NCBI GenBank assembly: GCA_002269645.1
Contig: NIVC01002252.1
Coordinates: 62,001 to 126,000, forward strand
DNA length: 64,000 nucleotides
Direction: 5' to 3'
DNA from: Macrostomum lignano
Lineage: Eukaryota
Positions 13,428 through 24,650 of this stretch are shown one piece after another. The notes below the pieces were generated by a model that saw only the letters and a program-made list of their open reading frames with translations, did not search any database and was not told the origin of the DNA. Made by a program: the position numbers and the translations under genes. The number at the start of each line of letters is the position of its first letter. The first letter of the stretch is position 1.

Positions 13428-13570
13428 GTCCAGTCGGTCAATCACTACTGCGTGAACGGGCAAACCTAAAGAATTAAAATGGATGACATCTATCATCGAG
13501 ACGCGATAATGAGGTTCATCAGGTCCAGGACGAGCCGATCAGGCACAAGCTGCACAAACCGTTAAACCGC
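13428..13570 (+). pseudogene. Relic exon 2 of the CUB-CTLD family (copy 2-like)
   Basis: VQSVNHYCVNGQT*RIKMDDIYHRD aligns to copy 2 ESANHYCVNGQTLSIELDDFYHRD, with an in-frame TAA and a frameshift; no downstream exons. Confidence 0.75.
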
Positions 13571-14072
13571 CGCCCTTGATACAGACAACACCGCCTACCC
13601 AATACAGCCTGATAAAGGCCACTGACAGTGCCAGTAGCTCTTGGGTTCAGGTCGCTGACCCTGTTCTTAAAACTGCATCTGACCTTTGACACTCCTGACA
13701 CCGCCAACCCTGACACTGCCGATCCCCATCTTCAGAAAATTGGCTGAATCCCTAAAATGTCTGTTGTTTGTTAAAGAGATTAGTTTTCGTCAGAATCACA
13801 CACCCACAACAATTTATTTTAGTCCGCAAACTTGGAACCAAAAAAACTGCACATATGAGAGTCCCGTTTACACGGTAGAATTCGCAGTAGAGTACACTGT
13901 ACGCTCGTTATTGAGTAACTAATGCTATTTTTAGACCTAACGTCATGCTTAAAGACGATTAGCTACTTAATGCATTTTTATATGAATCACAACCTTCATG
14001 TCTAATATCATGCGAGATAGATCGAAAACTTTCTTGATACTTCAAAGTAAATTTGTGTTTTCCGGATAAATT

Positions 14073-14495
14073 ATGGTAAGCCCCACTAATATTGTCAACC
14101 AATTGTTAGCAAAAATATTCAAAGAAATTCAAACATTTGAAATGCAAATATAAATTCGTCTGAGTTTTATGCCTCACAAAATAAACAGGCAAATACGTAA
14201 GAAATTCCCGTTAAATTTTATTTCAAAACTGTCGCTTTCGTTCGCTGTGTTCCTCTTGACGTTCTGTCCGAAAGTGAATCAACAAACTTTGCAATAAAGT
14301 AAATTTCGTAATCGTACTATATATCATGTTTTTATTACCAAATCTAATTGCTCGCATCGATCATAAAAAACTAAACTTGCAACAATTAATTTTTGTAAGG
14401 TCTACGGAGGACAACCATTACTGTCTCCATGGAGATCGTCAGTCACAGTGCAAATACACGATTATTATAACCGAGACGCAACTATCGTTCCCATC
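14073..14495 (+). pseudogene. 5' relic of a copy 5-like paralog (ATG micro-exon, decayed signal exon, start of exon 2)
   Basis: ATG|gtaagc at 14073; signal exon with damaged sites (tttt-atttca; cc|gaaagt); DNHYCLHGD then a 2-nt frameshift before SVTVQIHDYYNRDATIVP. Colinear with 16577-16995. Confidence 0.7.
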
Positions 14496-14538
14496 AAAAA
14501 TGCTCTTTCAAGCAGATTCTGTTTAAGTAGGGACCAGA

Positions 14539-15312
14539 CTAAAGTTTAGTAGTTTCAAGTAGCAACTCAGACGTCTGGTCCTCTGCGCCTTTTGTAGCCG
14601 CCCTAGCTACCATTCCCAGTCTCTGCTCCTCCCTGCTGAGCTGATAGAGAAATCGAATACAGCCTGCATCGCCGTATAATAACGACAGCTGCTGCAAAGG
14701 CAGGAGCATGACAGGAGAAGAAACAGCACACTCTATGATTGCTGCTGGCAGGTCAGCCTCCCGGTCTGTCTCTCGCTGAGAAATTGTCCCATTGTCAGCT
14801 GGTGGAATTGCTGAGATGAAGCTCAGCAGCTGATTGATTTTGCTGGACAGCAAGCTGACGTTGCAGGGCGCGGAGTTCGGTACGGAGCGCGCAGTCTGCG
14901 GGAAGCTCAGCAGCGACAGCATCGGGCTGCTGCAGTCGCCGAACTCTATCACCGCTGCTTCGGACCCTCAATGACAAGCACAGACCTGTCACTCTGCCTG
15001 TCACTCTGAAATTTACAGCGAGAATACGTGAATGAATCCGGCTTTAATTGTCTCTTTCTATCCCAACGAACTTTTGATTTGAGTTTCGGCTTCGTTGACG
15101 CACCGGCTGAATTCAGTGGCCAGAGGCAGTCCTTGCACAACTAACTGGACGCCAGTCTGCGGTCCCGAGTTCTTCTTGAATCTCCATCGGCAGCAGTTGT
15201 AATCGAATCGTTTAACGCTGTCAGCATCCTGCAGTGCCTGTATCAGAGTCTCAAATTTGTTGATTCTATTGTCAAGAAGTAGAACGTGCTGGCCCAACGG
15301 TCTGCAGTGGTG
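14539..15312 (-). pseudogene. Inverted, internally deleted paralog (copy 4-like exon 2 fused to exon 5)
   Basis: Exon 2 is close to copy 4 (GQHVL..RFDYNCCRWRFKKNS); exons 3-4 are absent; a 7-nt deletion frameshifts the CLSLRV/EFGDC segment; the TM region is frameshifted. Confidence 0.85.
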
Positions 15313-15450
15313 ATTAATAATAATAGTAATAATAACAGTAATTGATTATGGGCTGCAACCGACATCTCTGAAGGCTGCGTACGGCTGTTCAGTCCAGGGA
15401 CTGGGGGGTTGCCACACACACACCCTCAATTACCCCTGCCCACCACCCTT
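15312..15450 (-). mobile_element. 3' part of a SINE related to 8492-8750
   Basis: Reverse complement gggtaattgagggtgtgtgtgtggcaacccccagtccctggac matches 8658-8702, followed by an (att)n tail. Confidence 0.55.
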
Positions 15451-16079
15451 GATACAGACTACTGACACTGCCCGTGCCTACCTCTCTTGATACAGGCTAT
15501 TGACACTGCCCCTAATTCCTAAATTCACGCTCCTGATCCTGCTCTTAAACATGGAGCTAAAAAACTGTTTTCATTCAACTCTCGTTAACATGGAACTAAA
15601 AAACTGCTCATAGCAGAGTCCCTTTTTACAAGGTAGGAGCTAGTATTCGCAGTTGAGTACACTCACCTCAGTACATTCATTGTTGTAAAAAATACTATTT
15701 TTAGACTGCTGTCAGAGCCATGAAAGACGATTGGTTAATGTTTAAACATACATTTGTATATATGACACCCTTTTAAACAGCTTGCGAGAAAATTTCAAAA
15801 CCAGCTCGATGATATTTCAAAAATTGTGCTCTTCGGATTCAAAAGGAATCATGGTAAGCTGGATTATCAATATATTGTAAACCTACTATTAGCAAAAATA
15901 TTCAAAGAAATCCGAACAATTTAAAAGCAAACATAATGATCTGCTATACAATGTTATACAATGATCTTGTATAACAGAACAAAATCCTTTCTTACGCGGT
16001 AGTATTTGCAGTTGGTACACTCACCTCTGTACGCTCGTGCATTGTAGTCAATAGCTACATAATATATATACGAGCTATA

Positions 16080-16474
16080 TGTTTTGGTTAATAATTCAAA
16101 TTTAACGAACGTCGCCGAGGAAGGAAGGCAAAGGCACGACACGGGCGAGGGGGACGAAACACGGGCGAAACAGGCCCTTGTGATTGGTCGAATATATTTT
16201 AGTGAGCTCAGTTCGAAAGCGATTAAAAGACCAATGTGGCTTTAAAGGGGGAAAATAAAACAGAATAAAAAATTGAGCTTGCAAACGCGAGACAGGGTAG
16301 CTGGGCCAGAGCAGCCCCGTGCGGCCCAAAAACCCCCAAAGGTCGGGGTGGTGGGACTCAAGCACCCACTCCCCCCCGCCAGAATAGCACGCACAACGGA
16401 GAGCCCACACAGCTGCCCGGGGCGGCCCTCCCCGACGTGTTCGCTAACTCAGAGTAGCTACGCTACTCACCACA
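16080..16474. mobile_element. Possible solo LTR (~395 bp)
   Basis: GC-rich island in AT-rich DNA, beginning TG and ending CA, flanked by TATA on both sides (possible 4-bp TSD), with internal AATAAA motifs. No coding region. Confidence 0.35.
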
Positions 16475-16576
16475 TATATATAGCTTGTATCAAACGCCTT
16501 TTAAACACCTTGTGAAAAGTTTTAAAACCAGCTTGATTATATTAAAAAACTGTGCTCTTTGTATTTAAATGGAATA

Positions 16577-18581
16577 ATGGTAAGCTACATTGTCAGTGTC
16601 AATATTTAAACATATTATAAGTAAAATTATTGAAAATCTGAGCCATAGAAACACAAATATACAACTGATGTCTAACATCCATCTGAATAAAATCTCCAAG
16701 ACTAAACTGCAACGAAAATTCCCTAAAATTTTAGATTTCAGCACATCTGTGGCTTTTATTGACTGTAGTCTTCATGACGTTTTATCCGTAAGTGAATTTT
16801 CATGCAACTTATAAAATCTTTTAAACTAACACAGTTTTATTTCCTTTTCGAGTACAAAAAACGAAATAAAAACAAAGCTTGCAACAAATAATTTTGTAAC
16901 CCAGTTCCGCCGAAGAAAACCACTACTGCCTCCATGGAGAGTCGGTCACAGTTCAAATAGACGACTATTATAACCGAGACGAGACCATCGTTCCCATGAT
17001 TCTGGGCGAGTCAACTAAAGGCCAGCGTAAGCCCAAGCAATGCAGGTGGGACATCAGACTGAAGACAGCGAAACCAGGCATGCAACTTGTGATTGCAGCG
17101 GTGCCCAGCAAGAAAGACCGATCGACTGCTGCCGATGGGAAAGCCAGAATGTCGGTCGATTACTTGAACCGCAATTTCATCATCGTTACGACCGGCATGT
17201 TTCAAGTTCTACCAGCGACAGAGCAGTGAGTACAGCTCAAGTTGATGCTGTTTTTCACGTTGAATCGTTGAATTCGATGAATCAAAGAAAACTTGGTGAC
17301 TTCATTTCAGTCAGCGCTTCACAGTCGACCTCAGCTGGGATCCAGGGATGCAGAAACCGGGCTTCGACAACCTGAGGATATTGCTGCCGATTCCGGGACA
17401 GTGCGGCCGAGACATGCTGTGGTTCAGTGGCAGCTGCTATGCTGTCAGTGCAGTGCGGCAGAGTATGGCTGACGCTACGGATAGCGTTGGAGGCGATGCT
17501 CAGCTGGCCAGCTTCTCCAGCATGGCTGAGATCAGCGAGTTCATCGCTGCCAGTGAGTTATCAGTAGTTGTGTTTGTAGCTCGTAACAGAACTGAACTCA
17601 ATTAGGCAACTAAAACACTCGCGTCTCTTGCATTGCAGACACGGCAAGGCAGAATGAGTTTCCCTACCGAAGTCCTCTGAGCCTGCGCCAGCCAGTCCGT
17701 CTCGGCATGTTTCTGAACGCATCCGCTGCCACCGTGCTGACCGCCGTCAGAGGTGACAGCGGCTGCGTGCTGAAGTCTGAAAAGCTCGCAAACATTACGT
17801 AAGCTGTTGAATTTGTACACAGCTTGAACTCATCAAAAGACATCAGAAGACATCAAACTATTTTCTTGTACAGTGGACAATATTTCTTCACTCTTTCAAT
17901 TCGATTCATTTCAAGTCCGACGTGCTTTTCAGAGCGACTGGCCGAGGGAAAGGTCCGTGCCTCTCTCTCAGAGTGACTGAGTCCGATAAAGCAGTGGTCG
18001 AGTTCGGCGACTGCGGCAGCCCGATGCTGTCGCTGCTGAGCTTCCCGGAGACTGCGCGCTCCGTGCCGAGCTCAGCAGCGCACTGCAAGGGCAGCGAGCT
18101 GGCGACTCTTCTGGATCGGCTTCAGAGTCGCTTTGCGGATGCCGAGTCCAGTCTAGCGTTTTCTGCTCAAGGGAAAAATAATTCGGCTAGAGAAGGAAAT
18201 GAGTCATTTTTCCAGAAAAATCAGGCTTTTATCTATCCTGCCATTATCGTTAGTGCACTGTTGCTGATTGCTGTCTTTGTGCTGCTGGCAGTCGCGATGA
18301 AGCGTCGACGGCGACAGCGTTCTCAGCCGAACGCATCAAATTCTGAGTCTGTTGTCCTTCCTCTATCTGGTGTCCACCGTTCAGCCTCCACTCGCTCCGA
18401 TCGCCACGAGAAGGGCACAAAGGGAAGCAACTCGGTCGGCGCATCGTTAGAAGATGATCACTGGAAGGTCGCTACGGAAAAACTACTTTCCAATGGTAAT
18501 CAACCTCTGTTAGATGGTCCGCCAAGTTTAACTCGTGAATCGCAGACTCTGGGTGTCATTGATTTGAACCTTGCTGTATGA
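16577..18581 (+). CDS. Array copy 5 (exons ..16577-16579 ATG only, 16735-16787, 16905-17225, 17311-17552, 17639-17798, 17933-18581; ~475 aa); chimeric
   Basis: M|ISAHLWLLLTVVFMTFYP|SAEENHYC; phases consistent; TM FIYPAIIVSALLLIAVFVLLAVAM followed by KRRRRQR. Confidence 0.85.
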
Positions 18582-19681
18582 TTTGTAAAGTCACATGAGT
18601 GTGCATGTTTTGGTTTTGCACCAAGCCTGCTCTGTAAACTTTTATGTAAATAACTCAAGTATGTGATAAAATTATATCCAGATTCCCACAGTTTTAATGC
18701 GTTTCTCTCATTCGAGTATTTCAATGGATTTTCTATCAATGGTCGCATTCATAATTGGTTGTTTCAGCCAGAGTTTTCTGTACATACTCACCTCTTGACA
18801 TGCTTGATTTGAAAAGAATTTTAAGTACACACATCTACCCATGTGTCTTACTATGAATTTCGGATATAATATATTAATATAACTTTCTATGACAGCTCAC
18901 TGCTGATGTTTGAATTCATTTTCTTCAGAGGGATTCTTGAGAGATAGAAAAGTACATGTACGGCTCGTATAATGGACAGGTCAGCTCCGTCACGGAAATT
19001 CATGTAGAAAAAGGCACGGTGGGAGTGCAGTCTAAAGGGATTTTCATTCTAACCTTGCATTGCAATCTTAATACAGGTGTAGCTTAGGTCGAACGAATTC
19101 AAACCTCATATCTGGAAAGTTTTTTTTTCAGAACAGCTGCTTAGAAAACAACAAAAGTGGATACGGCAGAAAGATTTGAAGCTATTTTCAACTTTTCTGC
19201 CACTGAGTACACATGCTGTATGCCGCCGGCAAGTATTAAATGCGGTGTGCACATCGTGCGCAACACAATATCGTACTAACTCTGTAGCAGTGTACTCTAC
19301 GTTTTCATAACACTTTTCTGTGGATCTTTTTTATAAATAAAGTATATATGATGACGGTTCAATACCTTGTTAATAGGAAGCAAACCAAATCTCAAGCCTG
19401 AGAATGCCTGAACAAGGTACTACCTATAGGCACAGGCTTAACCCGTGAGCATTATTGAATCCGATCTCACTGATTAAGCAATTGCTATTTGATATTTTAC
19501 AGCCCTTTTACGGAAAATGTGTCATTCTGTGAGCTGGTTTTCGGCCATAGGCATGCTTAGTTCACTGCTCTCGATGTAAGTGCAGCATCTCAACTGTTAA
19601 AATTTATCAATGTACTAGAACTGGCTAATGTATCAATCACTATGATAAGTTAATCTTTCTGTCCCACTTTTGCAGAAAATA

Positions 19682-19817
19682 TACTCAGCAGCAGTCAAAA
19701 GCTCCACCTGTACAAATCACGCGTAGTTAGATAGAAAACTTCTCATTTAAAACGCACGGTAAAAGGTCAGTAAAATATCTTTGATTGATGGTTGGAACTT
19801 TTGACTGTTGTTGAGTA
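19682..19817. mobile_element. MITE-like element A (TIRs ~27 bp, TA-flanked)
   Basis: Left end tactcagcagcagtcaaaagctcc; right end reverse complement tactcaacaacagtcaaaagttcc; TA on both sides. Confidence 0.6.
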
Positions 19818-19819
19818 TA

Positions 19820-20094
19820 TACTCAGCAACATTGAAAAGTCGCCACTCTATGCGCCAGTGAGCAATTTCTCTTGGACTATTCTGAAATAAAAGACACGAG
19901 AAAACTGAGTAGTAGCTTTAATCCGTCCAACCTTCGCACACCGCTCCCCCCACTTCATTCCTCAACCAAAGTCTGCCGCGTGGCATAGCTGAGTTGCGTC
20001 ACTCGCAAAGATTGAGAGACTTTACCTGCACTCTCGAAAGTGGCGACCACAGACGGAAAATTCTGGGATGGCGAATTTTCGATGTTGCTGAGTG
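19820..20094. mobile_element. MITE-like element B (TIRs ~26 bp, TA-flanked)
   Basis: Left end tactcagcaacattgaaaagtcgcca; right end reverse complement cactcagcaacatcgaaaattcgcca; TA on both sides, consistent with a Tc1/mariner-type TSD. Confidence 0.65.
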
Positions 20095-21186
20095 TATATT
20101 CAGCCCGTTGTCTCACGCGTTTTCCGCTGCTGAAATTAAGGCTGCTACCCTAAAAGTGCATAAATAATGTAGGCCTGAGTTTTTAAGTCGTTGCCGCTAA
20201 ATTCTTTTCAAAGGATATTTTACAGAAATACTGCAACCGGCAGCTACTGAATCAGCATCTCAAAAAGAGAACTTACTCTAAACAGTTGACATGCGCGCGG
20301 CCTATCAAATTATCGTAGCTAGATTCCGTGTATATACCGTCGTTTGAGTTGGACTTCTAATGGACTTTTGGGGATGCTTGTGAGCAATCTAAAACCAGAC
20401 ATGAGGCTCAAGTTTTAATAGTACATTTATGTAGTGGCTTGCTTTTAATACTTCTTTATCGGAAACTCTCGTTTTGAGAAACTACGAGCACTTTGAGAAG
20501 TAGAGAAGATCGAGCTTGCCTGTTAGCCGAATATATCGGAATTGCACTTGTAAAATGATGAGAGAAAAGCTGCGTTATACGAGCTGGAAAGGCTAAAAGG
20601 CTTAAAATCTCACGCTTTAAACCGATCTCACAGATTATCATCCAATGTTAAAGGACCGATATAAGGAGTATATACGAGCTATGTAAGGGTGAATGTATAT
20701 AAATTTGAAATAATAAATTAAAAAGGGAACCATATAATAACAAAATACTTGGCAATTCGTGTTGTCGCTTGTAAGTCGTTACCACACACCAAGTTTCAGC
20801 AAATATGCACTTTACATTACCTTGCTCATGGTACGAATAATCATTTGGAACTCAGCAAATTACTGTATTACAGTGACAGATGGCCTTGGAGCAATCCAAA
20901 TTGAGAAAATTTTGAGTAGATATTAAGTCGATGGTTTTTCAGACCATCAGCAGTCTAAACAGAATCTGGTAGCTAAAAATATTTTTAAAGTCTTCAAATT
21001 TCTTTAATCACCTAGTTGCATACTTTATCGAATATTTAAACTGACTGATTTTGTACATTTTGGCAGTAACTAATCCTCTTTCGTTACTCAGGTATTAATG
21101 GCCACACCTGAAAAGATCCTAAGGTTATATTTTGACGATTGTCTGGAAGGCTTTGACGATAAGATGCAGTCAATTTGAGTGCATAG

Positions 21187-23253
21187 CTTTGGCGCAGGTC
21201 CTCTGTTGTTTTCTTCCTGTGTATTTGCCTTTATGTGCCGTATTCGAGTCAAGTGGCAAGTTTTCCCTTAGCTGTGTGAGGCATGGTTGTTCAATAATGT
21301 TGCGAGCTCGAATTTCGCAACTGAGCATGATCGTGCTCAGGATTAGGATCATGTTTCAGGTGTAAAAAATGGAACGTACTCAACGCATTGGCTTCGTATA
21401 TGCATTCCAAAAATTTCGCAGCGAATCACTATTGCATACGGGACCATACGTCAAATCGACTAATTGATGAGTTCTACAACCGGGACGAGTTGCTCATACC
21501 ACGCGTTCTTGGCACGTCCTCTCAGGGCCAGTTCCAAATAAAATGCAGGTGGGACATCAGATTGAAGACAGAGAAGCCCGGCATGCAACTCGTGATTGCA
21601 GCGATGCCCAACAAGAACAACCGATCAACAACTACAGATGAGGAGGTCAAAATGTCGGTCGACTTCATAAACAGCAATTTCGTCAGCGTTACGACCGGCA
21701 TGTTTCAAGTTCTACCAGCGGCAGAGCAGTGAGTACAGCTCAAGCTGATGCTGATTGTCTCGTTAGCGTTCCATGAATCAAGGAAAACTTGGCGATTTCA
21801 TTTTAAGTCGGCGCTTCACCGTCGACCTCAACTGGGATGCACGAGTGCAGAAACGGAGCTCCGACAACCTGAGGATATTGCTGCCGATTCAGGGACAGTG
21901 CGGCCGAGACATGCTGTGGTTCAGTGGCAGCTGCTATGCTGTCAGTGCAGTGCGGCAGAGTATGGCAGACGCTACGGATAGCGTTGGAGGCGATGCTCAG
22001 CTGGCCAGCTTCTCCAGCATGGCTGAGATCAGCGAGTTCATCGCTGCTAGTGAGTCATTATGAGCTGTCTTCGTTGGACTCGCTTTTAAGTACGTACGAG
22101 CCGCCTCAAGCACACAAATCCCATCTCATTGAATTGCAGACACGGAAAGGCAGAAAGAGTTTCCCTACCGACGGCCTCTGAGTCTGAAACAGCCGGTTCG
22201 CCTCGTCATGTTCCACAATGCATCAGCTGCTGCCGTGTTGTCCGCGGTCAGGAGTGACAGCGGCTGCCTTCTGCAGCTTGTGTCGAATTCGTTTAACTTT
22301 TCGTAAGGCTTTGAGTCTGTTGGAATTTTGTTTTGGTTGCGTTTTAATTTCACTTCTGTTTGTCTCCATCTTGTGTGCATGACAAAGTGTGGAACCAGTC
22401 CGAAAATTGGTGGCCCTCGGCGCTCGCTGATAGGCTGGACCTATTCGTTGTCACCTTCGATTGTTTGTGTTCGAATTTCTCTTGGCCCTTTATCACTTAA
22501 GCCGTCCAAACACGCTGTTGATTTATCCAAATCCAAATCCGATATCCAAATCTTTTACACAGTCAGAATTTCGGTTTGGATTCGGGATTTACGTCAGGGA
22601 CATCATGCTGGCTCATGCAGAATCTTGATCTAGTATGAGCCAAATAAAGCGCATGAATTGCAGCACGATATTAAAATATTTCCAGACTGACTGGCCGAGA
22701 GAGAGGTCCATGCCTGTCTCTAAGGGTGACTGACGAAGACTCAGCGGTGGTCAAGTTCGTGAACTGCAGCAGCCCGATGCTGTCGCTGCTGAGCTTCCCG
22801 GAGACTGCGCTCTCTGTACCGAGTTCAGCGCACTGCAGCGGCAGCGAGCTCATGAAGCTGGTTCAACTGAAGCTGAGCTACCAAGTCAGCACAACTCTGA
22901 GCCCTAGCCAGATTCATTCTCGGATAACTCGGATAGCGGTTCTCTGTTCCGTTGGCTTGGGTGTCCCCTTGCTGATTGGCGTCCTTGTCGGCTTGTCGTG
23001 CGTGCTATACCGGCGACGAAGGAGTTTCGATATCCGAGGAAACAATCCGGAAGAAGACCAACAACAAGACCCTGCAAGGGCCGTTTCAGCAATCTCAGAT
23101 AACAATCCGGTAAGACAGCGAAACCCAATAATGTCCGGGTTCAGACGTCTGCCTTCATTCCGTCAAAGTCGCCGAGAAAGAGGGGACCGTGGAATTGCAT
23201 TAGCGGAACAAAATGGAAACGCAGCGCTTGACCCCAACGCTAATAAACCATAA
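21187..23253 (+). CDS. Array copy 6 (5' exons uncertain; exon 2 ends 21728; then 21808-22049, 22140-22302, 22686-23253)
   Basis: NHYC..KCRWDIRLK; exons of 242 and 163 nt; TM IAVLCSVGLGVPLLIGVLVGLSCVLY followed by RRRR. A candidate signal exon LWRRSSVVFFLCICLYVP lies at 21187-21239, but the start codon is unresolved. Confidence 0.75.
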
Positions 23254-24650
23254 TCGTCTTTGCGGCATTCAGATATTTAATATTCGAATTGAATAAGGAT
23301 ATTAAACATGAATAAAGCTATAATAATATAACTGATCGCACTTACTGAAGCTAATATATAAATTAACCTTCCCAATTTATACATTTTGGGTGATTACTGC
23401 ATATCGTTGAACTGTTTACTTAATATGCTTGAATTGCCAAAGCTTGTGATAGACAAAGTCAATGTTTAAAACTCGATCGTACATGTATTGAATATTTTTA
23501 TGGTGCAACACTTCGACACAAATGTTTACAATGATTTTAAAAATAACATTTACAGCTATTTACTTTCTGCACCACGATGCTTTGGAGTTGCTTAATGAGC
23601 GTGCGAGTATGCAGTTTATTTTTTGGGTAAATGTTTAGTTCTAAATACATTTAAAAGTATTCGCTAATGCCCTCTGACCCCTCTCTTCTTGTTTTTATAT
23701 TTATACTGCGTATAGCTATATATTACATATCTAACATTTCTAATGTAAGCATGCAGTTTTTTATTTTGTATTAGCTTTTGCTGAAAGCAATACCTCCTAG
23801 TTTTCCGAAACTTGCCGCCCGTTGTCTTGAAGAGCTTATAACTGGCTGACAATGTCTACAAATTATGACTTTTTCGCTTTTTTAATTGATTTTACTCTAG
23901 CCTTTACAGACTTCTATTCAGATCATTACTGATTCTTGGCAGTGTATATTTTTGTTTTTGAGATTTTAGCTGACAGTTATTACCGGTTATTAAGCTTATT
24001 ATTCGAATTAAGAATTCAAATTACTGATGCGCTTTAATTTTCAGTTATGTATTTTGAGGTCTTACTTTTATAAACCAAATAAACCTCACTGGAGTAAATG
24101 TGTATCACTACATAAGCTACACATTAGCTAACATTATAGTACATTAAATCTGGAGTCAAATTTTTACATTTGCATGAAAGCTTTCATGCCAAATTGAACC
24201 CTAGCTACAGATTTTGTACGCGTTTGGCGAACGCTGCTTTGTACAGTACGTGTAGAGTTATTTTTGGACCAGATAAAGGGGAACTTTGATTCAATGCAAG
24301 CGTCCCCCGTGTTCAGGTGTACATTGCAGTGTACATGTTTCTAAAAATAGAAAGCGAAAACACAAAAATATACTTGACTCTAAATGTTCCGTATTAGAAT
24401 GTTTTAATGCGTCATGATTTAATGCAAAGTTCCTACCTTGATTGACTGAAATATCTTAGCTAAAAAGGCTGCAAATTCAAAGAATCTTTCAGGAATCTAC
24501 TCGGTAGTTATCAAAAGAAAAAAAAGAAATTTTGCTTCTAACTAACGCTTTCCTGGTGAGCAACCTATTTGAAGCAGATTTTCATGCTTCATTGGCACTA
24601 GCTGCGAGGAAAATATCAATATAATCCAGCCTATATGTTTTGCATTTCAG

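Noticed and set aside
14539-15312. Processed (retrotransposed) pseudogene
   Set aside because: The junction retains the intron 4 acceptor and skips whole exons at a microhomology, so this is a DNA deletion rather than splicing.
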